DNA of 64,000 nucleotides from an uncultured virus (IMG/VR IMGVR_UViG_2540341129_000004) (taxonomy: Duplodnaviria > Heunggongvirae > Uroviricota > Caudoviricetes). The DNA is taken from the IMG/VR virus record IMGVR_UViG_2540341129_000004. The stretch is one strand, 5' to 3'. The position numbers were made by a program, and so were the translations under genes. Below the pieces are notes generated by a model, which did not search any database, was not told where the DNA came from, and saw only the letters and a program-made list of their open reading frames with translations. The first letter of the stretch is position 1. The number at the start of each line of letters is the position of its first letter. Positions 1-9,570 of this stretch are shown here, piece after piece.

Positions 1-150
1 AGACACATAGCTGCCAGAAAAGAATGCGGCTGTGTGTTTACTTTTCCTGCGGGTTTCTTTTTGTTTCCATGTCTTTTGGAGAGAATTCAATGTCGCGACT
101 ACAGAAGACCATAAGGATATTTAATGAATAATCATTTCCAACAATTACAT

Positions 151-193
151 CGAACGATTGTTCCTGTTTATATTGAATAAAGAACGTTTGTTC
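151..193. promoter_or_regulatory. Two LexA (SOS/Cheo) boxes overlapping the yolD-uvrX promoter
   Basis: CGAACGATTGTTCC at 151-164 and GAACGTTTGTTC at 182-193 match GAAC-N4-GTTC. The second lies between TTGAAT (173-178) and TG-n-TAATAT (194-202). Confidence 0.85.
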
Positions 194-227
194 TGTTAAT
201 ATTAGATCAATAAAGGAGTGATTCAAA

Positions 228-560
228 ATGCTTAGAGATCGAGGAGCGATCAAATGGACTTCCATGATGCTTCCAGAACATTTAACGCAACTAAAACAAG
301 ACTTGTTAGATGTTTCGAAAATGGAGAAGCCATCTTTAGATGAACAACAAATTGAGGAGATTGACATCTTGGTTTCTGAAGCAATGGCATTCAATAAAGA
401 ACTGAAGTTTAAACTCTTTAAAGAAGGAGTTGCCGAGGATTTAATCGGTACAGTTCAATATCTAAATTACGAACAACACAAATTACATGTAAAAGATCAT
501 CACGATCAAACCGTATACATCACCATGAATGACATCATAGGAGTTGCTTACAATGATTGA
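228..560 (+). CDS. yolD: YolD-like protein (UmuD-like accessory of the Y-family polymerase)
   Basis: N-terminus MLRDRGAIKWTSMMLPEH is typical of the YolD family; AAGGAG RBS; overlaps the uvrX start. Confidence 0.9.
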   Translation: MLRDRGAIKWTSMMLPEHLTQLKQDLLDVSKMEKPSLDEQQIEEIDILVSEAMAFNKELKFKLFKEGVAEDLIGTVQYLNYEQHKLHVKDHHDQTVYITMNDIIGVAYND

Positions 561-1803
561 TTACTCACAGTTTCCACGTAAAAATATACTTTGTGTAGAT
601 ATGAAATCCTTTTATGCTTCGGTTTCAGCTGTAACAATGGGATTGAATCCAATGACATGTTATCTCGCTGTAGTCGGAAACACGGATAGACAGGGAAGTG
701 TTGTCTTAGCAGCGTCTCCTGCACTTAAAAAAGATTATGGAATCAAGACTGGCTCCCGGTTATTTGAGATTCCAGATGATCCAAGAATTCACATAGTAAA
801 CCCGCAAATGAAACTTTTCATCAGAGTTTCAACTGAAATAACTAAATTGTTTTACAGGTTCGTTCCTGAAACATGTGTACACACGTACTCAATTGATGAA
901 TCTTTTTTAGATGCAGGAAAAGAAAATCCTGAAGTCATGGCAGAAGCAATTCAGAGCAGTATGAAGAGAGAGTTCGGCTTAGTTTGTACTGTTGGCATTG
1001 GCGACAATATGCTGCTGAGTAAGTTAGCTCTTGATTTAGAGAGCAAGAAAACAAAGACTGGGATTGCACGGTGGAGGTATGAAGATGTTCCGAAAAAACT
1101 TTGGCGTGTTCATCCGTTATCTGAAATGTGGGGAATAGGAGGGAGGATGGAAAGGAATTTAAACCGAATGGGGATTGCGACTGTTGGCCAATTAGCCAAT
1201 TATCCATTAGAGCTGCTTGAAAAACGTTTCGGCATTATGGGGAATCAGCTTTATTATCATGCCCATGGAATTGACCTTTCTGAAATTGGAGCTCCTTTAA
1301 TGCAGGGGCAAATAAGCTACGGGAAAAGCCAGATATTACTTAGAGATTATACGAAGAAAGAGGATATCAAAGTAGTCCTCTTGGAGATTTGTGAAGAGGT
1401 TGCACGAAGAGCACGAACACATAACAAAGTAGGGCGTACGATCAGCTTAGGAATTGGTTACAGTAAAGATGAGTTCGGCGGCGGCTTTCACAGATCTAAA
1501 ACAATTGATTTGCCTACGAATATCACAATGGATATTTATCGATACTGCTTGATTTTGTTTGATAAGTTCTATACAGGAAATACAGTAAGAAGTATTTCAG
1601 TTACTTTATCCAATATTGAAGACGATGTGAATCAGCAATTAAGTCTGTTTGAAAAGGATAATGAGAAGAGAAGGAAGCTTGGATTTGTGATGGACGGGAT
1701 AAGAAATAAATACGGATCTAAAGCGATCTTACGAGCTGTTTCATATACACCTGGTGGAACAGCATTGCATAGAGCAGGTTTGACTGGTGGACATAAGTCA
1801 TGA
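553..1803 (+). CDS. uvrX: Y-family (UmuC/DinB-like) translesion DNA polymerase
   Basis: Motifs VDMKSFYASV and YSIDE, HhH (WGIG). Start placed at ATG 553. Confidence 0.92.
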   Translation: MIDYSQFPRKNILCVDMKSFYASVSAVTMGLNPMTCYLAVVGNTDRQGSVVLAASPALKKDYGIKTGSRLFEIPDDPRIHIVNPQMKLFIRVSTEITKLFYRFVPETCVHTYSIDESFLDAGKENPEVMAEAIQSSMKREFGLVCTVGIGDNMLLSKLALDLESKKTKTGIARWRYEDVPKKLWRVHPLSEMWGIGGRMERNLNRMGIATVGQLANYPLELLEKRFGIMGNQLYYHAHGIDLSEIGAPLMQGQISYGKSQILLRDYTKKEDIKVVLLEICEEVARRARTHNKVGRTISLGIGYSKDEFGGGFHRSKTIDLPTNITMDIYRYCLILFDKFYTGNTVRSISVTLSNIEDDVNQQLSLFEKDNEKRRKLGFVMDGIRNKYGSKAILRAVSYTPGGTALHRAGLTGGHKS

Positions 1804-1830
1804 GAACAGAGAGCAGCTCCCTCTGTTCTC
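1802..1830. terminator. Hairpin between convergent uvrX and phr
   Basis: GAGAACAGAG...CTCTGTTCTC 10-bp inverted repeat. Confidence 0.65.
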
Positions 1831-1850
1831 CTTACAAAGTTATTAGTTTT

Positions 1851-1970
1851 TTACGTTTCGGCTCTTTCAGCAACCTTGAACGTATCATTTTGTTGTTGGA
1901 GATAGGAAGCACCCAATGTTCCGGCAACGCCGAATAATAGAACTGCACAGATAAATAGTTTAGTTTTCAT
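1851..1970 (-). CDS. Phr-type signalling pre-pro-peptide, 39 aa (not in ORF track)
   Basis: MKTKLFICAVLLFGVAGTLGASYLQQQNDTFKVAERAET*: signal peptide plus C-terminal pentapeptide ERAET. ATG overlaps the rap TGA stop. Confidence 0.88.
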   Translation of the reverse strand: MKTKLFICAVLLFGVAGTLGASYLQQQNDTFKVAERAET

Positions 1971-3127
1971 ATTGCTTCTCCCCTTTTGATTTGTCTTCTT
2001 GCTTCATTTGCCAAACGATAAAATTCAACTGCACCCCAAGCATCCTGTTTTCCAGTGAGAAAATCTGCTACAGAGACACCATAACTTTCCATGTCAGGGT
2101 ATATACCTCTTTCTTTGAAGAACTCGAATGTTTTCCTAACTAAGTCTAAATCATAGTCCAAGAAAAGTCCTTTAACCATTTTTAACTTTTCAAGTACCAT
2201 TTCATTGTTATGCCGTTCAGCCAGCTGTTTGGCCTGTTCATAAAATTTTTTTGCGTTTTCAACGTCATTTTGCCTTCCCTTTAAGAAGGAGATAACAAAT
2301 AATGTTTTAGCAGCGTAATCATGATTTTCCGGCTCAATGATTTGAAGTGACTTATTAAAGTGAAAAAATGCTTTATCAAGTTCTTCCATTTGATTATAAC
2401 ACAATCCAATATTAAACAGTGCTGAACGCATCAAATGCCCACGATTCTTTTCACTTTTGTTTAGCTCTACTGCCTCCTGATACGCTTTGTATGCTTGCTT
2501 TAAAGCTTCATCAAACTTCATACTGTCCAGCAAATTACCAAATATGACGAATTGACAGCGCACCTTTTGTACCCCGTATGTAGGGTTCCCGTCAATAGCA
2601 GGTTGTTTTTTAAATATATCGTAAGCCCTCATGGCATAATTCATTGAAAAATAAGTCTGTTTCATGTGGTAATACACTTCTGACAATTTAAAATAAAATT
2701 CAGCTTTTTCAACTTCAATATCTCCACTCTCGATTGAATCCAAATACCTCTCAGCTTGTCTATAGTAATTAAGGGAGAATGTTAACTCTTTTTGTCTGAA
2801 ATAGAACATGCCCATGAAAAAGTAATAGTAATATTCCAGCATTCCTGTTAAATTTCCATGACCTTCATATTCTTTTAGCTCGCCATAATTTTTCTCAATG
2901 TCTTTTATAGCGTTAGGATACATATATGCCAACATTAGCTTATGTCTAAACTCAAGTAGGGAGAAGTATAGTAAAACATCTTGATTTTCTTCCATAACTT
3001 TTATTTCCTGCATAACTTCTTTACGCATTTCTTCTGCTCTACCGACCCAATTCTTTTTAATAGCCACATACCAATGATTCATCTTTGTTGCTACTAAATC
3101 ATAAGGAATGACTTTTTCACTCTTCAA
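1967..3127 (-). CDS. Rap-family TPR response-regulator phosphatase/inhibitor
   Basis: Rap hallmarks MEENQDVLLYFSLLEFRH, LEYYYYFFMGM, EKAEFYFKLSEVYYHMKQT; phr gene immediately downstream. Confidence 0.92.
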   Translation of the reverse strand: MKSEKVIPYDLVATKMNHWYVAIKKNWVGRAEEMRKEVMQEIKVMEENQDVLLYFSLLEFRHKLMLAYMYPNAIKDIEKNYGELKEYEGHGNLTGMLEYYYYFFMGMFYFRQKELTFSLNYYRQAERYLDSIESGDIEVEKAEFYFKLSEVYYHMKQTYFSMNYAMRAYDIFKKQPAIDGNPTYGVQKVRCQFVIFGNLLDSMKFDEALKQAYKAYQEAVELNKSEKNRGHLMRSALFNIGLCYNQMEELDKAFFHFNKSLQIIEPENHDYAAKTLFVISFLKGRQNDVENAKKFYEQAKQLAERHNNEMVLEKLKMVKGLFLDYDLDLVRKTFEFFKERGIYPDMESYGVSVADFLTGKQDAWGAVEFYRLANEARRQIKRGEAI

Positions 3128-3244
3128 GTCCTAAACCCCTTTCATATCCATTTTATTATATAGTTGCATTAGAGGAAAGAAATGTAAAGGTGATTTGAGT
3201 GAAAATTAAAAACAAATCAATAATTTGTTTATGACCGAAACGAA

Positions 3245-3273
3245 AAAAATACCCTCCTCGTTAGAGAAGGGTA
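3245..3273 (-). terminator. Rho-independent terminator ending the late/lysis transcript
   Basis: TACCCT..AGGGTA stem followed by a U-run on the minus strand. Confidence 0.65.
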
Positions 3274-3278
3274 CGTTA

Positions 3279-3557
3279 TCAGTTTGCTGTTGCTTTCAGT
3301 GAGGCAAGCCACTCATCCAATGTTCCTGAGAAACCTTGTTGAACGGCTAATTCATATGCTGATTTTCCATCTTTACCGGCAGCACCAGTAGCACCTTTAA
3401 CCCCGGTTGCGCCTGTTTCTCCAGTATCGCCTTTTTCACCTTTTAATGAAGCTAACCATTCCTCTACAGTTCCTGAAAAACCATTGTCTACTGCAATATC
3501 ATAAGCAGACTTCCCAGTGACAATTGAGACATTAACCATTGGATTGAAGAAACTCAT
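3279..3557 (-). CDS. Small collagen-like (Gly-X-Y) protein with two GKSAY..WLASLK repeats
   Basis: GEKGDTGETGATGVKGATGAAGKD flanked by a duplicated GKSAY(D/E)xA..GFSGTxxEWLASLK. Confidence 0.8.
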   Translation of the reverse strand: MSFFNPMVNVSIVTGKSAYDIAVDNGFSGTVEEWLASLKGEKGDTGETGATGVKGATGAAGKDGKSAYELAVQQGFSGTLDEWLASLKATAN

Positions 3558-3844
3558 TTATGCGCCCCCAAAAAATTATATGTTATTCCTGACTCAGAAA
3601 TTTTGAAGCTTGTGATAGGTGAATCATGAGCGTCCATTTGAAAGCCTTGTCCAGCTCTTAAATAGATAGGATCACCACCATTGATTGATACGTGGCATTC
3701 CTGATCATTCGAAAAGCTGAATTTATAGAAAGAATATTTAATCGTCCAGGTTGCAGGTGGGGAAGGGATCACTTCATGGTTAGATTCTGACTTCTCAAGC
3801 ATTGGACTCCCGATATATCCAGATCCTATTTGCATGTTCAACAA
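3554..3844 (-). CDS. Hypothetical phage protein
   Basis: ORF with RBS, translationally coupled to the collagen-like gene. Confidence 0.65.
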   Translation of the reverse strand: MLNMQIGSGYIGSPMLEKSESNHEVIPSPPATWTIKYSFYKFSFSNDQECHVSINGGDPIYLRAGQGFQMDAHDSPITSFKISESGITYNFLGAHK

Positions 3845-3893
3845 TCATTCCTTTCTTCTTAAAAATGAAAAAAGGGGAGATGAACTCCCCGAC

Positions 3894-4145
3894 TTATTTT
3901 GGTTCTGTGTATTCCATTGCTTGATCACTATCTGAGATACCTGTAGTGGTTGGATCCACTACAATTCCCATGGCAGTTAAAAATGTCAGCAGTGCATTAA
4001 ATTTCTCTGTGAGATCATCACTAAACACAGAAATATCGTATCCAAAAGCTGATGCAATTGCTTGTGCAAACAAAAGAGTTGCAGAGAAGATTGCAACCAG
4101 GAATGTTTTCTTTTTAAGTCTTACTTTCCAGTTAATTTTAGTCAT
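3894..4145 (-). CDS. Holin (phi LC3-type)
   Basis: INWKVRLK..F N-terminus, two TM segments, GIVVDPTT.G.SDS C-terminus. Confidence 0.88.
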   Translation of the reverse strand: MTKINWKVRLKKKTFLVAIFSATLLFAQAIASAFGYDISVFSDDLTEKFNALLTFLTAMGIVVDPTTTGISDSDQAMEYTEPK

Positions 4146-4165
4146 GAAATTCGCTCCTGTTCATT

Positions 4166-4558
4166 TTATTTAAGGCCAAAATGTATGAGTAACCAGGCTG
4201 CGACAATAGTCGCAATTACACTGGGCAGTACCTTAAACACAAGGTCTTTAGTAAACTGAGAGGGATCAATTTTACGAGTAGAATCAGAGCGTTCCAATAT
4301 TTCAACTCGATTGTCCAGTTTTTCATATGATTTACTCAGATTTTTTAAACTGTTGCTCATTTCGTTCAGAGTGCTGAACTGTTCTCTCGATTGTGCTTGA
4401 GAATCCTTATTAATTTCGACTTGCTGCTCAACTAGCGTAGCAATACGACCAATAACATTTGTTCTTTCTTCAAGAGAGTCAATTTTGTTATCAGTGTGCT
4501 TAGCTTTTTCTTCAAGTGCACTTAATCTTGAAATGGTGCTTTGCTCAAAGTTATCCAT
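4166..4558 (-). CDS. Coiled-coil protein with C-terminal TM; lysis accessory (BhlA/XhlA-like position)
   Basis: Heptad-rich body with hydrophobic C-terminus; lies between endolysin and holin. Confidence 0.65.
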   Translation of the reverse strand: MDNFEQSTISRLSALEEKAKHTDNKIDSLEERTNVIGRIATLVEQQVEINKDSQAQSREQFSTLNEMSNSLKNLSKSYEKLDNRVEILERSDSTRKIDPSQFTKDLVFKVLPSVIATIVAAWLLIHFGLK

Positions 4559-4672
4559 TTGTCACCAACCTTTGATAAAATAGAAAGGTGACATTACATC
4601 ACCTCCTAAAATAAGAGGATAATCATTGATATACCTCGATCAGCAATTATCCTCAAGGATATTTAAATATAT

Positions 4673-5716
4673 TTAGATTTTTGACCCAAACTGACCTGAG
4701 ATGTAGCCGCGTTTACCTTTATAGATCACTTCCCAGTAACCCTTAGCATTGTTTGAACCTTTCACTGAGCCAGAAATGCTGATGGTATCACCTAGCTTTA
4801 TAGTGCCGAGGTTCTTTGCTTTGTTTTTATCGGGTCTGTCCATAACGATTGCAGCGCTTTTTGCTCCGACAACTTTAATCTTGCCTACAGATTTGATTCC
4901 ACTGTTATCAGACTTAGAAGTGGGTTTAGGCTTTGGGGTTGATTTTCCAAGCTCAGCATCACTTTTAATGTATTTCACATTTACATATCCGCTGTATGTA
5001 GCACCTTTAGAATTGGTGTATTTAATGTAACCCCAACCATTTTGAGTTGATCCTTTTTGGTATTGGACAGTGGAGCCTTTAGGAAGGGCAAGTACAATAG
5101 AGGAGTTCGCATTGCGCTGAGTTCTCACATTAAGACTGTCTGCGATAACTGTGTTCTTAACATAAGAGCCATTTGTTTTAACGACTTTTGTTGGCTTTGA
5201 AGATGAGGAAGAAGTTTTTCCGCCGAGTGCTTTTAATTCTGCAGCAATGGCCGCTTTCACTTGATCCCAACGCCCCTCAGACAGAATACGATGCGGACAG
5301 TATTTTCCGTTCCAGTCCTGATGCTTTCTGATTTTGTCAACGCCCCATCCGCGCTCTTTGAGAAGTTGCGCCACAAACTTGATAGCCAGCGCTTCTGCTG
5401 CGCGGTACCGCGCGCCACCTGACTTACTGTAGCAGATTTCTACTGCGATAGACTTACGGTTACCGGTTCCATTCCTTCCATCGCCAGAGTGCCAAGCGTT
5501 CCGATCCAGCGGAATCCCCTGAATGACTTCTTTATCATCGATGGCAAAGTGATAGCTTGTCGATTCACTGTTTCCCGTCATATAACTGATTTCATTGGCG
5601 GCTGATGCGTCGTTTGCTGTGTTATGAATAGTGATATACTCCGGTGTCATTGGGTTCGGACATTTCAGGGCGTATTTTTCACTTGGAACTAATCTCTTTT
5701 TCACTGCAATTGTCAT
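4673..5716 (-). CDS. Endolysin: Amidase_2 (CwlA/XlyA-like) plus two SH3-like cell-wall binding domains
   Basis: YITIHNTAND, AWHSGDG, HQDWNGKYCPH zinc-amidase motifs; SH3b-like LNVR..GW.YI. Start at ATG 5716 by RBS spacing (5725 alternative). Confidence 0.92.
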   Translation of the reverse strand: MTIAVKKRLVPSEKYALKCPNPMTPEYITIHNTANDASAANEISYMTGNSESTSYHFAIDDKEVIQGIPLDRNAWHSGDGRNGTGNRKSIAVEICYSKSGGARYRAAEALAIKFVAQLLKERGWGVDKIRKHQDWNGKYCPHRILSEGRWDQVKAAIAAELKALGGKTSSSSSKPTKVVKTNGSYVKNTVIADSLNVRTQRNANSSIVLALPKGSTVQYQKGSTQNGWGYIKYTNSKGATYSGYVNVKYIKSDAELGKSTPKPKPTSKSDNSGIKSVGKIKVVGAKSAAIVMDRPDKNKAKNLGTIKLGDTISISGSVKGSNNAKGYWEVIYKGKRGYISGQFGSKI

Positions 5717-5891
5717 ATTGAACATCTCTCCTAAAAATTAAATTTGAGCACAAAAAAGAGAGAAGGGGGTAAATTCCAATCTCTCTTTATCTCACGTATG
5801 CTCTTGTTATCTCTGTTTTTGATTGCTGTAAATTGAATAAAATTTATATTTTAACTAGAACATAACCACCTCCTTTAAAGAGGACACTAAA

Positions 5892-8450
5892 TTAAACTGT
5901 GGGTGTTATTAAGCAGACAGCGACACCATATCCTCTTTCCTTTGCATAAGGTGTAGTTATTTTCATTACCGGATAACCTGAAGCATCAGAGGATTTTGAT
6001 CCTTTTCCGGCTTTAGGTACAATTCTGTCGCCGTTTTGAACTGTTTCATCAATGCGAACGAATATCTGTCCAAACATACCGACAATATTCCATTCAGGAC
6101 GCTCAGATCGTGGAACATATTCTTCATTGGCGTTGAAGTTGGGGTTTTCTTTTGGTAACCTTCTTATTTCTGTTCTTTGTATACCTTCCGAATCCACAAA
6201 TGTTACATCCGTATCTTCATAAATAAGACCGCCGAATTCATTTTTGAGGTATCTTCCTTGCCAATTAAACAAAGACTCTCCGAGCACAATACCAGCTGTT
6301 TCAGATATAACTCCTAATACCTTGTCACCGAGATTCGCTTTCTTAATTTTGTCCCCATCAAGTGTGACCATATATCCGGTAGGAATTGCTCTTCCATCTG
6401 CAGATTCGAAATACTCCGCATAATCAGCAAATGTTGAAGCGCCTTTAACCTGACCGGTTAAGGCAATATTTCCTCTCATCGCATCATGTTCTATCTTAAT
6501 GTTCGAGATGGAAGGGGTATCTGATGTTCCATATCCCCATATAGTGGTATACCCTTTTCTGTTTACTACAGATTGCGATCCAATAACAACCCTAGAAGAT
6601 CCTGATCCTTCAATGGAAGAATTATTTGATGCAACAACCAATGAACGACTTCCTTCAGCTGTTGTTTTAGATCCACCAGAGGAAGCAATAACTGCATTAC
6701 GTGGCCCTTCTGCTTTAGAACCGCCAGTTGTTGCAATAACAGCAGAAGCATCGCCAGTTGCTTGTCCGCCACCTGAAGATGCCATTACGACGCTAGTATT
6801 CGTTTTAGCATAGCCAGAAGTCGTCGCAATCCGTGTGCCGCCTTTGAAATTATTCGGGATAAACGTGTAAGTTTTTCCGGCAATTTTACTGGGAGTAGCG
6901 TATTGTTCACACATCGCAGCGCTAATATTAGCTTGTGAATTCGTGCAGTAAACACCAATTGAACCTGCTTTGTTTGTTCCCGTCATGTTAACGTTATTGA
7001 TATTGACTGAGCCAACTTTACTTCCCACAGCAATACCCACTAGTGCAGATTGGTTAATAGTCACATTCGAGACGTTTACATTGTCTGATTTTTGAGCTCC
7101 ACCGATTACATAGATATCGTTACTTGCTGTTGTAAACCCTGAAACAGTGATGTTGCTTAGGTTGATATTTCTGCTCTTATATTGAGTAGAGATTACTGTA
7201 GTATTCTTATAATCATACGTCGGATCACCAATTGCATTGAAGTTTGATACATTTACATTTCTATAAGCTGAAATAACAAGTGCGCGAGGATTTAAACCTT
7301 GATAAAGGTCACTGAAAATAGGATGTTGTGCAGTGCAGTTAACAACATTAATGTCACATGCACTTGTGGAGATTTTTTCAGAGGCTAGGTGGAAGCCAAT
7401 ATGTCTAAAGTCGAAAGCGCGGATATCATTTTCGGAATAGCAGTTAATTAGGTTTACGTTTCTTGCTGCTGGTGCTCTGTTGTGAGCTTTGACTTCAAAA
7501 CCTCTGCAGTTTTTTCGGCTGTAACAGTTCACAAGCCACACATTTTTAGAGCCATCATCAATTTCAAAACCGTTTGAATTTGAAGCTCCTTTACTGTGGG
7601 CGGATCCATTAGCGTCATAAGCATAGCAGTTAGTGAAGAAGATGTAATCAGAATAGTGAGTTGTGAAGCCATCATCACCATAATTAGTTGCAGTACAATT
7701 TTCAATCCAAACATATTTGCTACCATTTGGCTGATAATGATCTGCTCCATCAGAGGAAGAGTTCCAAACAGGGGAGCTTACATCAAAACCGTGCACACCT
7801 GGATTTCGAGCATTGACGTTTCTAACTCGAACAAATTTAGAGTTAACAATACCCACACAGTTTGCATTTGTTCCATTTGTAATGGTGTTGTCCTTTTTGT
7901 CTAAATTCCAATCGAGGTCTAAGTCTTCAATTAAGATATATTCGTTTCCGTTTGTGTAGTCGCTATTGGTTAACACACAAGATGTTCCGGCGGCAGTTGG
8001 GTGAAGCTTGATAATAGACCCAGATCCAACACCGTAAAGTCTGACATAAGAAGGGATATGTAATCCTTGAACCATATAAATACCTGCAGGTACAAAAACC
8101 TCTCGTTTCCCACTTGCAAAGGCAGCTTTGAAAGCTTCAGTGTCATCAGTAATACCATCACCCTTAGCTCCAAAATCCTGAACATTGACACTTCGTCTGA
8201 TAAATTCATTTAAGACTTTATCAACAATTGTTGCGCCGGATGCAGGGATTTTTGAAATGTCTCCAATAGTGTTTTTGATATCTGTTAAACTAGAATCGAC
8301 TGTACTTATTACGTTTGTAATGTCTTGAGAAGCGGTATCAAAAGCTTTTTTGATTTCAGGAGCAGTGAACGATACCCCATCAGATTTGAGTAATTCAATC
8401 GACATGGGTACATACTGCTCTGTTTTCTTGTCATAATATTTAAATCCCAT
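5892..8450 (-). CDS. yomE: Tail spike / pre-neck-appendage-like protein (pectin-lyase beta-helix plus C-terminal autocleavage chaperone)
   Basis: VNVQDFGAKGDGITDDTEAF beta-helix start; ADYAEYFES..GVISET..RPEWNIVGMFGQ phi29-gp12-like chaperone. Confidence 0.8.
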   Translation of the reverse strand: MGFKYYDKKTEQYVPMSIELLKSDGVSFTAPEIKKAFDTASQDITNVISTVDSSLTDIKNTIGDISKIPASGATIVDKVLNEFIRRSVNVQDFGAKGDGITDDTEAFKAAFASGKREVFVPAGIYMVQGLHIPSYVRLYGVGSGSIIKLHPTAAGTSCVLTNSDYTNGNEYILIEDLDLDWNLDKKDNTITNGTNANCVGIVNSKFVRVRNVNARNPGVHGFDVSSPVWNSSSDGADHYQPNGSKYVWIENCTATNYGDDGFTTHYSDYIFFTNCYAYDANGSAHSKGASNSNGFEIDDGSKNVWLVNCYSRKNCRGFEVKAHNRAPAARNVNLINCYSENDIRAFDFRHIGFHLASEKISTSACDINVVNCTAQHPIFSDLYQGLNPRALVISAYRNVNVSNFNAIGDPTYDYKNTTVISTQYKSRNINLSNITVSGFTTASNDIYVIGGAQKSDNVNVSNVTINQSALVGIAVGSKVGSVNINNVNMTGTNKAGSIGVYCTNSQANISAAMCEQYATPSKIAGKTYTFIPNNFKGGTRIATTSGYAKTNTSVVMASSGGGQATGDASAVIATTGGSKAEGPRNAVIASSGGSKTTAEGSRSLVVASNNSSIEGSGSSRVVIGSQSVVNRKGYTTIWGYGTSDTPSISNIKIEHDAMRGNIALTGQVKGASTFADYAEYFESADGRAIPTGYMVTLDGDKIKKANLGDKVLGVISETAGIVLGESLFNWQGRYLKNEFGGLIYEDTDVTFVDSEGIQRTEIRRLPKENPNFNANEEYVPRSERPEWNIVGMFGQIFVRIDETVQNGDRIVPKAGKGSKSSDASGYPVMKITTPYAKERGYGVAVCLITPTV

Positions 8451-8491
8451 TCATTTACCTCCATAAAAAAGAGACCCGATCGAAGTCTCCT

Positions 8492-9310
8492 TTAATCAAT
8501 TTCATACCAAACTGCACCTGATTCTGGAGCAACGTTTGATATAACAACTCTTTGTTTTTCTGGAATTAAGCCTTCATCCTGATACCATACATAATTAGTA
8601 TTGAAAGGTTCTACAGCGCTTAATAAGATATTGAAACCTTCGTAAGCTTCCGAAGTTCCAATATCAATCCAATCAAAACCATCCCATCTGTACACGGTTT
8701 TGTTTTCTTTTACAGCAACCGTCCATCCTATAAGTGGATTGGGGTAAGTTGTTTGTATATCTGCGAATGTATAAACAGAGGGTTTGTAAATCTTCCTAGT
8801 GTTCTCAACTACATACTCATAATCTGATGTTGCTTGTCTGCACCAATTTGTTATTTCAATACATCGTTTAGTGACACGTTCACATTCAGCAATTCGTTCG
8901 TTGATACGAATAATGGCATCTTCAGCATCATCTATTAAGCCTTGAAGTGTTTCAATGACCATATTTCCTTGCCGTTTAATCCAAATCCTTGAGGCAGGGG
9001 AGAAGGTGCATCCTTCTCCTTGATATGTAAAAGTAAGTGATTTACCTTCGTTTGAACCATTAAAAAAGACAACGCCCATAAGGTAATCAACCTTAAAGTA
9101 GTTGTCTGCTAATTCACCATCTTCAATTTCTCGCCATTCTTTACCGTCACCTTCAACCACAACTCTGTACTCACGATTAGGGATTTCAGTAAGTAAGGCC
9201 CGACCATTGTAAACAGTTAAAGTTTCACTATAACTTAAATAAGGGTCATCGATTGAACCCTTCCTTTTTTGAGAAAGGGTAGGGTCGTTATAGAGCTGAG
9301 GAAAATCCAA
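8492..9310 (-). CDS. yomF: Phage tail/baseplate protein
   Basis: Size and position in the SPbeta tail operon. Confidence 0.65.
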   Translation of the reverse strand: MDFPQLYNDPTLSQKRKGSIDDPYLSYSETLTVYNGRALLTEIPNREYRVVVEGDGKEWREIEDGELADNYFKVDYLMGVVFFNGSNEGKSLTFTYQGEGCTFSPASRIWIKRQGNMVIETLQGLIDDAEDAIIRINERIAECERVTKRCIEITNWCRQATSDYEYVVENTRKIYKPSVYTFADIQTTYPNPLIGWTVAVKENKTVYRWDGFDWIDIGTSEAYEGFNILLSAVEPFNTNYVWYQDEGLIPEKQRVVISNVAPESGAVWYEID

Positions 9311-9317
9311 ACTAAAT

Positions 9318-9570
9318 TCACCGTCCTTTCTTATTGTGTAATTGATGGAGCAATTCTTCCAAGTGCGCGACTCTCTCTTCTAAACTCTGCAGTCTTTTCT
9401 CTTTAAGCCTTTTTCCATGTACTCCTAACAATTCCCATGATCACTATATATACAATCGCAATACCAACAGTTACACCCTCAATTTTTATAAAAAAACTAT
9501 TCAAAATTATTAATAAAAACGCTAGCACTGACGCAAACCAGTGTATAGATTCATATTTTTTGTCGCTCAT
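9318..9570 (-). pseudogene. Small 2-TM membrane protein, apparently frameshifted at an A5 run
   Basis: ATG 9570 with RBS; frame stops at 9403. A +1 shift at 9410-9414 continues as RLKEKRLQSLEERVAHLEELLHQLHNKKGR* to 9318. Confidence 0.5.

Noticed and set aside
38..394. Antisense or nested short ORFs in the ORF track (e.g. 38-394, 4749-5030, 11059-11550, 24565-24768, 47162-47398)
   Set aside because: They shadow well-supported genes on the opposite strand or another frame and lack RBS or motifs.
1967..3127. Arbitrium receptor AimR
   Set aside because: It has the Rap N-terminal helical-bundle motifs and a Phr-type peptide gene. No aimR-aimP pair is seen in this window.
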